The notes: generated from the letters alone by a model not told the origin. Shown: positions 27,074-36,813, counted from the first letter of the stretch. The stretch: DNA of 64,000 nucleotides from a virus (IMGVR_UViG_3300028027_000059:1-64000); one strand, 5' to 3'. Numbers and translations: made by a program.

Positions 27074-27145
27074 TTGTCCCTCAGGGATTCGAACCCCAAC
27101 TATCTGGACCAAAACCAGATGTACTAGCCGTTATACTAAAGGACA
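27074..27145 (-). tRNA. tRNA-Gln(TTG)
   Basis: Anticodon arm TCTGG-TTTTGGT-CCAGA. Confidence 0.6.
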
Positions 27146-27230
27146 ATATCCAATTTTGTTATCGCCATTCCCCCAGGTGTGCTTTATACACTAATCTTCC
27201 CGGAGTGCGTTCCTGATTGGTAACAGTTTG

Positions 27231-27306
27231 TAGAAGATATAGGATTCGAACCTATGATCTCTTGCATGTAAGGCAAGCGCTTTAAGACCAGCTAAGCGAA
27301 TCTTCT
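27231..27306 (-). tRNA. tRNA-Val(TAC)
   Basis: D-arm GCTT-AGCTGGTCTTA-AAGC. Anticodon arm CTTGC-CTTACAT-GCAAG. Confidence 0.65.
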
Positions 27307-27370
27307 ATGGGAGGAGACTGAATTTTACTTCACCCCTGTCGACATTGGGTAAGCTTTCGCTAATCTCCTG

Positions 27371-27443
27371 TGGAGAAGGTGGAACTCGAATCCACAACCT
27401 CATGCTTGCAAAGCACGTGCTCATCCACTAGAGCTTCATCCCC
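27371..27443 (-). tRNA. tRNA-Ala(TGC)
   Basis: G3-U70 identity pair. D-arm GCTC-TAGTGGAT-GAGC. Anticodon arm CGTGC-TTTGCAA-GCATG. Confidence 0.65.
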
Positions 27444-27448
27444 ATTTG

Positions 27449-27523
27449 TCGGGTAAGCAGGACTCGAACCTGCATGATGTCCACATCCCAAATGTGGCGA
27501 CTTAGCCATTAGTCCACTACCCG
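27449..27523 (-). tRNA. tRNA-Pro(TGG)
   Basis: Anticodon arm CCACA-TTTGGGA-TGTGG. Confidence 0.7.
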
Positions 27524-27529
27524 TTTTTG

Positions 27530-27600
27530 AGTCACGTGTTGGAGTCGAACCAACCTCAAGGGATTTGCAGTCCCTTACCTAACCGCTCGGCCAACCTGAC
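27530..27600 (-). tRNA. tRNA-Cys(GCA)
   Basis: Anticodon arm AGGGA-CTGCAAA-TCCCT. Confidence 0.65.
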
Positions 27601-27606
27601 TTATTG

Positions 27607-27680
27607 TACTCTCGAGTGGATTCGAACCACTACCCCTTGATCCGTAGTCAAGAATTCTGATCCATTAAACTACAAGAGCA
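27607..27680 (-). tRNA. tRNA-Arg(ACG)
   Basis: Anticodon arm CTTGA-CTACGGA-TCAAG. Confidence 0.6.
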
Positions 27681-27684
27681 TTCG

Positions 27685-27755
27685 CACGGATACCAGGACT
27701 CGAACCTAGAACAGCAGTTTTGGAGACTGTTATGATGCCATTTCACTATACCCGT
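27685..27755 (-). tRNA. tRNA-Trp(CCA)
   Basis: Acceptor ACGGGTA/TATCCGT. Anticodon loop CTCCAAA. Confidence 0.55.
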
Positions 27756-27783
27756 ATTTTCATCTATGTCAAAGATCCTTTCG

Positions 27784-27857
27784 TTCCCCCGGTGAGGCTC
27801 GAACTCACAACCCCATGGTTAAAAGCCACGTACTCTAGCCAATTGAGCTACAAGGGA
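27784..27857 (-). tRNA. tRNA-Lys(TTT)
   Basis: D-arm GCTC-AATTGGCTA-GAGT. Anticodon arm CGTGG-CTTTTAA-CCATG. Confidence 0.65.
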
Positions 27858-27934
27858 ATATTCGTTCCCTCTTGCTTCAGAGGGACTACTTACGTTTTCG
27901 TTTTAACATTTTTGTTTTCATAGTTGTTGTGTTG

Positions 27935-28007
27935 TGGTGAACCTCAGTTCCGACCTGAGTCCTCTAGATTTTCAGTCTAGTGCTTCTACCAAGTTAGCTT
28001 GATCACC
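27935..28007 (-). tRNA. tRNA-Phe(GAA)
   Basis: Acceptor GGTGATC/GTTCACC. Anticodon arm CTAGA-CTGAAAA-TCTAG. Confidence 0.65.
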
Positions 28008-28012
28008 ATAAA

Positions 28013-28050
28013 AAAAGCCCTGAATCTTTTGAATCCAGGGCTTGTAATAT
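28013..28050 (-). terminator. rho-independent terminator (minus strand) ahead of the tRNA array
   Basis: The 8-bp stem aagccctg...cagggctt is followed on the minus strand by TTTTTTTAT. Confidence 0.55.
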
Positions 28051-28458
28051 TGTTTTAAATTATAGTTTTAACCTACATCAGTATCACATTGCCCTGGTTT
28101 ATGCGGATTGCCCTTTTGATCGACTGTAATCGAACTAAAGCAATACCCTAGCGCTAACGTACTCATACGTTCTGCTTGCCATTGACTGTTATGTAATATG
28201 TTTGTTTTCATTGTTTGCGTCTATAAATATATACAAATCCTGTTTCCCGTTAAATATAAAACACCTTTCGTTGACATCCAAATAATAAGTTAGATTTCGT
28301 AAAGAGTTTTGATTGTTAATTTTTACTGTTTTTGAATCCTTGAACTTTGAACTTTGAGGAATCATTATCAGTATCATTTTCAGAGTATGTCAGGCACGAG
28401 GCCTAACAGAATTGAAATCAACTCACTATTCTTCAATCAACTACTCGGTGTTAGTTTT

Positions 28459-28902
28459 TTAGTACCCTACGATTGACGTTAAGGCATTAAATGCATCAAT
28501 TTCGTCTTGAATTGCTTCAATTTCGTCTTGAATTGATTTTACTTTAGCTTCTTTTTCTACTTCAGTAACATCAACGGCATACGTAAATGTTGAAGTTGAA
28601 TTGTAGCTATTGCTTTTAACAATACCTTCAGTTGTACTCATACTTGAGATATTAGTTAAGAAACTTTTTAATTCGCCCAATCTAAAGATTTTTGCTCTGA
28701 TTGGTTCTGAAGTTGAATGGATTGCTGATTTTAAAGCAACATAGTCATTCAACTGTGCTTCAGCTTGAGCCATTAACTCTTTTGAATTATACACTTTCTT
28801 ACTATCAACATCATAGCTGTTGTACGCTCTCATTTTCTGAACAGTCTTATTGTATTCAGATAATTTTTTGTTTTTAAGCTTTAAAGCTTTTGCTAAATTC
28901 AT
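28459..28902 (-). CDS. hypothetical coiled-coil protein
   Basis: 147-aa ORF. Confidence 0.4.
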   Translation of the reverse strand: MNLAKALKLKNKKLSEYNKTVQKMRAYNSYDVDSKKVYNSKELMAQAEAQLNDYVALKSAIHSTSEPIRAKIFRLGELKSFLTNISSMSTTEGIVKSNSYNSTSTFTYAVDVTEVEKEAKVKSIQDEIEAIQDEIDAFNALTSIVGY

Positions 28903-28932
28903 AACTATTTTTATTTGATTAAATATATAATC

Positions 28933-29163
28933 TTATTCTGCCGTCTCCACATTTTCTGCTAAGATAACTTGTACGATTTTAGATTCTGATGCTGCTTTAA
29001 CTTCAAAATCACTCTCATCGTTATCAGTTAGATACTTAGTTACCCTTGCTTCAGCTTCAGTAACTGACATTGCGTCAACTAAATAAGCGATATTTTGTTT
29101 TTTTGCTTTACCTTTATCATCGATATCAGTAAATTGTACTTTTACTTGGAAAAATTGTGCCAT
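28933..29163 (-). CDS. hypothetical protein
   Basis: 76-aa ORF. Confidence 0.35.
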   Translation of the reverse strand: MAQFFQVKVQFTDIDDKGKAKKQNIAYLVDAMSVTEAEARVTKYLTDNDESDFEVKAASESKIVQVILAENVETAE

Positions 29164-29169
29164 GTTTTA

Positions 29170-29463
29170 TTAATTTTGTTTTTCGTAAACTGAATAATCG
29201 TACAAGTATCTTCTGTACTTATATAATACTTTTGCAAATTTAGAACGTTGTCTAAATTGTTCTGGTGTTTCATCTTCACTACGTAATGGTCTATGAGCCA
29301 TATAATAATCAATATCATCGTTAGTGATTTGATTTTCATTGGCGAATAACATCATTTTAGTAAATGCTAATGAACCTACTAACTGTACACCTGCTCTGTG
29401 AGCATGTTTGATTTCTGCTGGTACTTCAAACTCAGCATATTTCTGTGCTAATTCGTAACTCAT
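29170..29463 (-). CDS. hypothetical protein
   Basis: 97 aa with the promoter-like motif upstream. Confidence 0.4.
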   Translation of the reverse strand: MSYELAQKYAEFEVPAEIKHAHRAGVQLVGSLAFTKMMLFANENQITNDDIDYYMAHRPLRSEDETPEQFRQRSKFAKVLYKYRRYLYDYSVYEKQN

Positions 29464-29481
29464 GTTTTATTTTTATTTATA

Positions 29482-29495
29482 CTTAAATGTACGAC
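29482..29495 (-). promoter_or_regulatory. conserved promoter-like motif
   Basis: Minus sense GTCGTACATTTAAG, ~20 nt upstream of ATG 29463. Confidence 0.4.
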
Positions 29496-29505
29496 TGGAT
29501 TTTGC

Positions 29506-30096
29506 CTAATCCAACAATCCTAATGCTTTCATATTCTCTATGTGAGCTTCATCCATGTCCCAATCGTGTGCCACTGCTTGTACTTGAGTATTGTCCTCAA
29601 TATGTCGTACTTGATCTGGTGTTAGTGGATCTGCTACTAATAAAAAGTAGTCATTATAACATAACAATTCAAGATTATCTAGTAAATAGTTGTTTTTATT
29701 ACCATCTTTAAAATTAAGTAATAATGGCATTTTGTAATCTGTAACTCGACGTTCACTAAAACCACAATTATAACATTCTTCTTTTAAATAACCCTCAGCA
29801 ATTAACCTTGATTTAATTTTTTCAGGTGTAAATGATTCCCACCCAGTGCCCGTTTCAACTATAATTTTAACGTTTGGTTCCTTACGTCTATTAGGTAAGA
29901 ATTTAGGAATACCTTTACCACTTTGATTTTTATGAGCATCAAATAATGTTACACCTTCATCATTAGTATGAAGTTTAGCATACGGCTTATAGTGTTGGTA
30001 TGAGCAACCTAAATAGCGAGCGGCAGCACGATTTGATTTTGTAAATCGCATTGCACGTAGTATATCTTCTTTACTTAGTGGTTTTGCTTGAGGCAT
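29506..30096 (-). CDS. putative DNA-binding protein (N-terminal HTH, central CxxC)
   Basis: LSKEDILRAMRFTKSNRAAARYLGCSYQHY resembles an HTH. ECYNCG is a CxxC pair. Confidence 0.4.
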   Translation of the reverse strand: MPQAKPLSKEDILRAMRFTKSNRAAARYLGCSYQHYKPYAKLHTNDEGVTLFDAHKNQSGKGIPKFLPNRRKEPNVKIIVETGTGWESFTPEKIKSRLIAEGYLKEECYNCGFSERRVTDYKMPLLLNFKDGNKNNYLLDNLELLCYNDYFLLVADPLTPDQVRHIEDNTQVQAVAHDWDMDEAHIENMKALGLLD

Positions 30097-30499
30097 TTTT
30101 TATAACATTTATTAAATCCCATAATTCAGCTGGACTGTTTAATACTATAGGATTGTCATTCATATCTCTTAATTCGTTAATAGAACCATCTGGATTCATT
30201 CTTTCATAAACATAAAAGAATATTACTTCAGCTGCTTGCTTTCCAAACTGCATTACCATTAAATTATCTATTACTTCGTAAAAGGTTTCATCATATTTAC
30301 TTAAATCGATTTCAAATTCAGTACCTACTAAAGCGGTTCTTATATTTGCTCGTTCTAAAGCAATAATGATTTTTTCAAACAGTTCTCTGTTTAAGTCGTG
30401 TTCGCTCTTCTTTTTACGTTTGAGAGATAAATCTGTACCAATCATCGTCTCAAGGGTTTGTTTAACTCCTTGAGCGTGTTTCTCACCTTTACTTTCCAT
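30071..30499 (-). CDS. hypothetical protein
   Basis: 142-aa ORF. Confidence 0.4.
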   Translation of the reverse strand: MESKGEKHAQGVKQTLETMIGTDLSLKRKKKSEHDLNRELFEKIIIALERANIRTALVGTEFEIDLSKYDETFYEVIDNLMVMQFGKQAAEVIFFYVYERMNPDGSINELRDMNDNPIVLNSPAELWDLINVIKNASSKTTK

Positions 30500-30501
30500 A
30501 A

Positions 30502-30801
30502 CTACAATTTATTAATCAAATCTCTACATTCAATACATCTATCGTATTCTTCTTTTTCAACGAAGTATTCGATTGCTGCTTCAAGAGATGGTTTGAATTT
30601 ATCTTTATTTAATTGAAGATAATAATCTGAATTTGCTACTTCAAACAATTCTATACTTGATTTCTTACGTTTAACCGCATCTTTAATAGCAACAATAACC
30701 TCCTCAATCACTACCTCTTTAACTTCAGGTATTTCATGTAGTTGGTTATAGTCAGCACCAGGTTGAACGTGAACTCTAAACACTGGTATTTGTCTTTTCA
30801 T
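30502..30801 (-). CDS. hypothetical protein
   Basis: 99-aa ORF. Confidence 0.4.
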   Translation of the reverse strand: MKRQIPVFRVHVQPGADYNQLHEIPEVKEVVIEEVIVAIKDAVKRKKSSIELFEVANSDYYLQLNKDKFKPSLEAAIEYFVEKEEYDRCIECRDLINKL

Positions 30802-30803
30802 AG

Positions 30804-31127
30804 TTAAATGTTTGGTTCTGCAGGAGGCGCTTCTGCTGGAGCAGCAGGTGCTGTGCTTGTGCCTTTTAAGGCATTTTTAATCATCAATCTAATATCCTGA
30901 ATTGTAATTAGAAAACCGATAATATTAGCATAAGGAACATCCGTGTCTATATTAGCAGTTAGATTATATTGAGCTAAACCTTGATTAAGTCTAGATTGTA
31001 ACTTTTGAGTCATTGTTGTTTTCTCATCACCAACTAAGGTTTGAGGTAATATGAATTGAACTTTAACACCCTTTTTAGTTGGATTGTGGTTAACGTCTAT
31101 CTTTAATTTTGGTTGCATTTCAGCCAT
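30804..31127 (-). CDS. hypothetical protein with an Ala/Pro-rich tail
   Basis: 107-aa ORF. Confidence 0.4.
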   Translation of the reverse strand: MAEMQPKLKIDVNHNPTKKGVKVQFILPQTLVGDEKTTMTQKLQSRLNQGLAQYNLTANIDTDVPYANIIGFLITIQDIRLMIKNALKGTSTAPAAPAEAPPAEPNI

Positions 31128-31155
31128 GGTCTGTGTTTATATATAAATATGTGAA

Positions 31156-31698
31156 TTATTCTAGAATCTCATCAACTAAACCATATCTCTGTGCTGTTTT
31201 AACATCGAAATACCATTCAGCTTGCTTTTCTCTATGTGGTTTTAATACCTTATCAGTAAATTTAGTTTTAGACATAAAGTAAGTATCACATAATTTATCA
31301 ATACGAATACATTCAGCTAGTTCTTGTTTATGAAATCCTACTTTACCTTCAACTTCATATGCACCTTCATGATACATGAATGTAGCATACTTGCTTGCTA
31401 TTCTGTGGTGTCCTGCTGAAAATACTACTAGTCCCATTGACATTGCATGACCATGACATATTGTATGAATTGGAGTCTGCGAGTTATCAATTACATCAAT
31501 TAAAGCCATACCATTATATATCTCTCCTCCAGGTGAGTTAATAATGAGTTTAATTGGGTCTACTATTTGTTTTTTAGCGTCTTCAGCATTAATCTCGTAA
31601 ATATCTTGGATTATTTCATTAACTGTTAACCCATCAATGTATCCTAGTGTTATAACTCGACTTAACGGGTCTAATTTGGAACGGCGCTCTCTTGACAT
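31156..31698 (-). CDS. ClpP-family serine protease (possible prohead protease)
   Basis: INSPGGEIY and HAMSMG catalytic-Ser motifs. Downstream His and Asp residues. Confidence 0.7.
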   Translation of the reverse strand: MSRERRSKLDPLSRVITLGYIDGLTVNEIIQDIYEINAEDAKKQIVDPIKLIINSPGGEIYNGMALIDVIDNSQTPIHTICHGHAMSMGLVVFSAGHHRIASKYATFMYHEGAYEVEGKVGFHKQELAECIRIDKLCDTYFMSKTKFTDKVLKPHREKQAEWYFDVKTAQRYGLVDEILE

Positions 31699-31730
31699 AA
31701 ACTAAATTTTCGATAAATATAATTAAAGTT

Positions 31731-32609
31731 TTAGAATATTTCAAATTCGATTTCAGTATCTCCAAATCCCCATGATTCGGTATTCTCTGTTTGTTTCTGA
31801 TAGATTATAGCTCGGTATTGGTCATTTGATTTTTTATTAATACCATCAGCTATTCCACCACCACCCCAGCCTTTAGAACCATGGTTAATGTGAAACATAG
31901 GTGGGTTGTATATTGCTTTTAGTCCAAAACCATGCATTACTGCTTTCTTCTGAACATTAGTATCAGCAAATAATGGGTATATTAGTTCTTCTTCAAATCC
32001 ACGAATACCATCCCAAACATGTTTAGGTGCTAATTGAAAATCACCACAGCAATTAATAATACTATAATCATCACCTGCCATTGTTTTTTCTTCATCCTTA
32101 CGTTCTTCAGAGTTAATATAAATGTAATCTCTTAATTCACTCCATTGGTCGTACTTTAATTCACCACCATGAAATTCTTTAATGATATCCCAAGTCATTT
32201 CTCTTCTACTAAGGGTAATAAATGTATTATCATCGCTATTTTTAATAATAGTTTCTATATCTTCACGTTTTGGGTGGATGATATCAATGTTAGTAGAAAC
32301 GATATAATCGCCTGTTGCTCTTCTAATGCCTATATTACGAGCTAGTACTTCGCAGCATTTTTGGGCCTGAGGATCGTTGTTTGTTAGTATTGAAGCCACT
32401 TCGGGCGTAATAACAATATGTTTTAAATTACCTTTAAGTTGTAAATTGTCTTTAATATCATAAAGCAAACTATGATTTTCTGAGTTCCAATCAATATAGA
32501 ATACTTCATCGTAAGTAGAGATTGCTGAATTGATAGCATAAGTTGCTCTTTCAGCTAAGTGTCCACCGTAATTGTCATTTCTAGATATTATTATTGCTGA
32601 TATTTTCAT
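31731..32609 (-). CDS. glycosyltransferase family 2
   Basis: N-terminal KISAIIISRND and a GT-A DxD region. Confidence 0.55.
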   Translation of the reverse strand: MKISAIIISRNDNYGGHLAERATYAINSAISTYDEVFYIDWNSENHSLLYDIKDNLQLKGNLKHIVITPEVASILTNNDPQAQKCCEVLARNIGIRRATGDYIVSTNIDIIHPKREDIETIIKNSDDNTFITLSRREMTWDIIKEFHGGELKYDQWSELRDYIYINSEERKDEEKTMAGDDYSIINCCGDFQLAPKHVWDGIRGFEEELIYPLFADTNVQKKAVMHGFGLKAIYNPPMFHINHGSKGWGGGGIADGINKKSNDQYRAIIYQKQTENTESWGFGDTEIEFEIF

Positions 32610-33465
32610 TTTCTATTTTAATTAAGAATTTTTTTAATTCGTCTGGAAATTGTTTATATGATAGTTCTCTTGAATTTTCTTTGTTTGCTACAGATTTTAC
32701 TTTGTCATTTGATCTGTCTGCAACCATATTTTCACTAATGTAAGCGCCTTTAAGTAAATATTGTTTAACATCAATACCTGCTCTAACAGCATAATTGCTA
32801 GCATACATAGCAAATGTATCTTCAGATCCATATCCACCAAATGATTCAGGTATGCCTATTAAGTCCCAAAATTCCTTAGAATATAAGGTATGCATACCAC
32901 AACCAAATTTAAATGTATCAAGTAATTGTAAACTTACTTCATTTATATCTTGATTATAAGTTAAATCAGCATCGTGTGTTAAATGATAGTTATATTCTTT
33001 ATTTATAAAATTATCATGAACAGCTAAATCCCAACTATTATCCCATAATTTAACTATTTGAGGTAATATAATGTATTTACCATTTAATTGATAAGACGCC
33101 TCAAGTTGGTATTTAAGTAATTGTTCTGGAAATGCTATGTCAGTATCTATAAAAATGAATTGATCATAGTTTAATTTAATAGCATCACGTTTTTGAGCTG
33201 TTGTTCCATATCCAGGCACTCTGCTAACTACCTCATTAATGTTTTTAACAGATTGTGCTTTACTAAATCTTCTAATAAAGTAAGGTTGTTTTAACTCACT
33301 GTTATCCCAATCAGTTAACGATGGAGATAAATTTAATGTTGCCATTAAGGTAACATTATCAGTATCATCTAAATATTGAAGTGCTTTTTTATATTGTTCC
33401 ACCCACCTATCGAATAAATCCATTTCATTAGGCATTACGTGAACACATACTAATGTTGATTTCAT
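32581..33465 (-). CDS. putative GT-A glycosyltransferase
   Basis: FIFIDTDIAF is a DxD motif. Confidence 0.4.
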   Translation of the reverse strand: MKSTLVCVHVMPNEMDLFDRWVEQYKKALQYLDDTDNVTLMATLNLSPSLTDWDNSELKQPYFIRRFSKAQSVKNINEVVSRVPGYGTTAQKRDAIKLNYDQFIFIDTDIAFPEQLLKYQLEASYQLNGKYIILPQIVKLWDNSWDLAVHDNFINKEYNYHLTHDADLTYNQDINEVSLQLLDTFKFGCGMHTLYSKEFWDLIGIPESFGGYGSEDTFAMYASNYAVRAGIDVKQYLLKGAYISENMVADRSNDKVKSVANKENSRELSYKQFPDELKKFLIKIENENISNNNI

Positions 33466-34286
33466 ATTACTCCGTTTTCTTTAAACAATTCAACGATTGT
33501 GTTTTTAATATTACCTACATAATCTTTATACTCAAACGCTTTTTGGTAATTATATTCAATAGCAGATAATTTTTCATTATAGAAGTCTGAGTCTATTAAG
33601 TTATTTATTACTTCAATGATTTGATCAGCATTGCTAACTTGAATAATACCTCCATCATCATAAAAATCACCTATGTTAGAGCAACCCCAATAGATTGGAA
33701 TTGTTTTATTCAATATACAATCAGTTATTTTCTCAGAAAAATAGTTCTCACGAGATGAATTTTCAATACAAACTGAATATTGGTATGGTCTAAATGTTTT
33801 GATTTTATCTTCACGCCATTGTTCAAAGTTACCTCTTTCACCTAATTTATCCCAGAATTGGATTGGTGTTTTTATTTCATTTTGTCTATCAAATAACTCA
33901 TGTCTGATAGCATGTCCAGGTAATTTTAATAATCCTCCTCTTAAGAATGATACTTTAAATTCCTTTTCAGTTTCAGTATATTCAAACGGTCTATCTTGCC
34001 ACCAACTTTCACCATATGTAACTTGTAAAGCATTAGGCACTTGATTAAGTACTTTAGTACTCCACGTTAATATGACACTAAATAAATGATGATTACGAAC
34101 AGCATAATCATGATTACCAAAATATTCATTTGGTTCGCTTCCAATTAACAATATGTTAATAGGATTTTTCTTTAATTCATCATAAGTAGGTTGATACTCA
34201 TTAAAGAAGGAAAAGTTCAGATGGGCTAGGTCCGCAAAGGCCTTTTCCCATCTTTCTTGTTCTATATAATTAGATACTATATACAT
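33462..34286 (-). CDS. GT10-like (alpha-1,3-fucosyltransferase-motif) glycosyltransferase
   Basis: YQYSVCIENSSRENYFSEKITD matches the FucT motif (F/Y)xxxFENS...YxTEK. Confidence 0.5.
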   Translation of the reverse strand: MYIVSNYIEQERWEKAFADLAHLNFSFFNEYQPTYDELKKNPINILLIGSEPNEYFGNHDYAVRNHHLFSVILTWSTKVLNQVPNALQVTYGESWWQDRPFEYTETEKEFKVSFLRGGLLKLPGHAIRHELFDRQNEIKTPIQFWDKLGERGNFEQWREDKIKTFRPYQYSVCIENSSRENYFSEKITDCILNKTIPIYWGCSNIGDFYDDGGIIQVSNADQIIEVINNLIDSDFYNEKLSAIEYNYQKAFEYKDYVGNIKNTIVELFKENGVI

Positions 34287-35224
34287 TATTTAAAACTATT
34301 AAAGTAAATGTCTAAGAATTCTTTAGTTTTTGTTGGGATATAATCATCAGTAGTATTTGGGTCTCTAGTAAAGTCTAATGTGTGTCTATATCCAATAACT
34401 TCTTTTTCTAAATTAGTGATTAAATCTTGAACATTTCTGTCTTGATAAACTGATGCTCTATTATAGATTAATTTATCATCACCAATCATCTTTTGAGTAT
34501 AATAGCCACCCCAAATATCATCCATTCTACCAACATAAGGCCACACTGCATAATGCTTTAAAGCATCTCTATGGATAAATGTGTTTTGAGAGTTGAATGG
34601 AGATATTTCAGCTGCAGCAAATGGAGCTGTAGTATCGAATTTAACAATTGGTTTAAATGTTAATCTACACATTGCATCAATGTCAGGATCACCATCCCAT
34701 AAATCAGCTTGAATTAATGGTATAATTGTTCTCTTACCCTTATATTCAATACTATTTTTTAAATGTAATAAATCGATTGGAAATCCTCTATGCCATAAGT
34801 TAGATTGATTAGTTACGGATAATGGATCAAATACTAAAAGTTCTTTATTAGTATAATAATCAACTTCTACTTCCTTACCAATATATAAATCAGTTCCCCA
34901 ATTGTCATAAGGGATATTATCATCATCAACTGTGGCTACTATGTCAGCACCTTTATTATAAGCATAAACAAACCCAATATTACGACGTTGAATTGTTTTC
35001 CATCCAATAATTTCACTTAATTCAGGATATAATTCAGCTTGTTGTTCTGGATCTAAATAGGTTACTGTTGGGTAATCTCTTTCAAGTTCTCTATATTCAT
35101 CATGTGGTGTTTTAGTATCACCTACAATAACGAATATCCAATTATCACGTTTTGCTATTTCAGCAAATAAACGAGTTGCTTTAGTTGGGTAATTAATTGT
35201 TGTTGTAACTATAAATTTATTCAT
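34286..35224 (-). CDS. putative glycosyltransferase (STELLO/DUF288-like)
   Basis: N-terminal TTINYPT and VDDDN. Confidence 0.35.
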   Translation of the reverse strand: MNKFIVTTTINYPTKATRLFAEIAKRDNWIFVIVGDTKTPHDEYRELERDYPTVTYLDPEQQAELYPELSEIIGWKTIQRRNIGFVYAYNKGADIVATVDDDNIPYDNWGTDLYIGKEVEVDYYTNKELLVFDPLSVTNQSNLWHRGFPIDLLHLKNSIEYKGKRTIIPLIQADLWDGDPDIDAMCRLTFKPIVKFDTTAPFAAAEISPFNSQNTFIHRDALKHYAVWPYVGRMDDIWGGYYTQKMIGDDKLIYNRASVYQDRNVQDLITNLEKEVIGYRHTLDFTRDPNTTDDYIPTKTKEFLDIYFNSFK

Positions 35225-35227
35225 ATA

Positions 35228-35833
35228 TTATTTTTGTAAAATGAAACAGCCTACTCCAAATGCTCTATCAGTGTATAATACATCTTCCATTTCATTTGGA
35301 TCAGTAATAACCCACTCATCATTAATTAATCTATAAGTGTATGATTCAACTATTTTAGAGCCTTTAGTTAAATCAAGAATTGCTTGCCAGTTGTAGTTTT
35401 GATGATACGGCTGCCAAACGTGTTTCCCAAAGGGTACTGTTAAGAATATATAACCACCATCATTTAAAATTGATAATGCTTTTTCATATCCTTTTCTATC
35501 ATATCCTTCTCTAAACACAACGTCTGATTCAGTACATTGAGGAAAATGTTCTAATGAAGATAAGAATATACCAATATCAAACTTCTGAGTTTCAAAATCA
35601 ATTTGAACAAAATCACCTGGGTAATGACATTCTCTGAAATTACTTACTCTATAATCGATATTGTTGTCTTTAATAAAATTATAGAAATTGCTTAGATGGG
35701 TGTGATTTGTAGGTACACCTCCAATATCAATAATTACATTTCCTTGTTTGTAGTATTTCTTAACACATTCTTCTATGAATATAGTTTCAACACTACGTTC
35801 ACTACCTAAGTAGTTTTGGATGGTTTGTTCCAT
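35228..35833 (-). CDS. class I SAM-dependent methyltransferase
   Basis: VIIDIGG motif I and GGYIFLTVP. Confidence 0.5.
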   Translation of the reverse strand: MEQTIQNYLGSERSVETIFIEECVKKYYKQGNVIIDIGGVPTNHTHLSNFYNFIKDNNIDYRVSNFRECHYPGDFVQIDFETQKFDIGIFLSSLEHFPQCTESDVVFREGYDRKGYEKALSILNDGGYIFLTVPFGKHVWQPYHQNYNWQAILDLTKGSKIVESYTYRLINDEWVITDPNEMEDVLYTDRAFGVGCFILQK

Positions 35834-36810
35834 TATGATAATTTGTTTAACCAGTAATTTAATAAATCTGTCATTGTTTGTTCAACAGGTATTTTTGGTT
35901 CCCAACCTGTTAATTGTTTTAATTCTTTACTATCACCTATTTGAACTTGAATATCAATTGGTCTGTAGAATGGAGCGTAAATTTCTTGTTTAATTTCATC
36001 ATATTCAAACTTAGATGCTTTAATTAACAAGTCAGTATAATGTTGCATTTTATGAACATCATCACCACAAACGTTAAATACCTTTTTATTGCTATCTGGG
36101 TTTAACATTAATAAATAATAAGCGTTAACACAATCTCTAACGTCAACTACTACTCTTTCTGTTTGTAAATTACCTACTTTCAATACTGGTTCTTGTAAAC
36201 CTAATTGCATTTTAGCAATTTGATAAGCATCAGAACTAATACTGAATATTTTACCTCTACGAGGACCAGTATGACTGAATGCTCTAGTTACGAATCCATC
36301 TAAGAAACCATTTGCTGTACGTTCTTGAACGTATAAATCGATAGCTGCTTTAGAAGAACCATAAGGATTACTTGGTGCTAAAGGAGTATCAACTGATAGC
36401 AATCCTACATCTTTACAAGTATCACCATATACTTCACTTGTAGAACAGAACATAAAGCGAGTATTACTACCTTCTAATGCTGTAATCAAGTTCATAGATG
36501 CACCTACGTTTTCTTCCCATGTTAAGATTGGATCTTTAAAACTGGTTGGTGGGTGTGATTGAGCTGCTAAATGGAATACACCATCAAACTTCTCGTTATT
36601 CAATAATTTTTGAACACTATGATACATCTTTAAATCCAAATAATGGAATTTAATAGCATCTAACTCATTTAGTGTTAAAATGTCTAATAAATCTGTTTCT
36701 CTACCGTTAGCTGTTCTTACAACTCCGTGTACTTCATGTCCTTCTTTTAATAATAGTTTTGCTAAATTAGGACCTGCAAAACCTGTAATGCCAGTAATTA
36801 AATACTTCAT
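35833..36810 (-). CDS. GDP-mannose 4,6-dehydratase / GDP-4-keto-6-deoxymannose reductase (GMD/RMD family SDR)
   Basis: ITGITGFAG, STSEVYG, YGSSK and FSHTGPRRG (compare GMD NHESPRRG). At 325 aa it is closer to RMD in size. Confidence 0.65.
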   Translation of the reverse strand: MKYLITGITGFAGPNLAKLLLKEGHEVHGVVRTANGRETDLLDILTLNELDAIKFHYLDLKMYHSVQKLLNNEKFDGVFHLAAQSHPPTSFKDPILTWEENVGASMNLITALEGSNTRFMFCSTSEVYGDTCKDVGLLSVDTPLAPSNPYGSSKAAIDLYVQERTANGFLDGFVTRAFSHTGPRRGKIFSISSDAYQIAKMQLGLQEPVLKVGNLQTERVVVDVRDCVNAYYLLMLNPDSNKKVFNVCGDDVHKMQHYTDLLIKASKFEYDEIKQEIYAPFYRPIDIQVQIGDSKELKQLTGWEPKIPVEQTMTDLLNYWLNKLS

Positions 36811-36813
36811 GTT

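Noticed and set aside
24265-27923. Plus-strand and short ORFs across the tRNA array (24265..24453, 24272..24658, 25603..25833, 26491..26676, 26673..26987, 27720..27923)
   Set aside because: Each is fully occupied by minus-strand tRNA genes. Their conserved-looking residues come from tRNA sequence, not protein coding.
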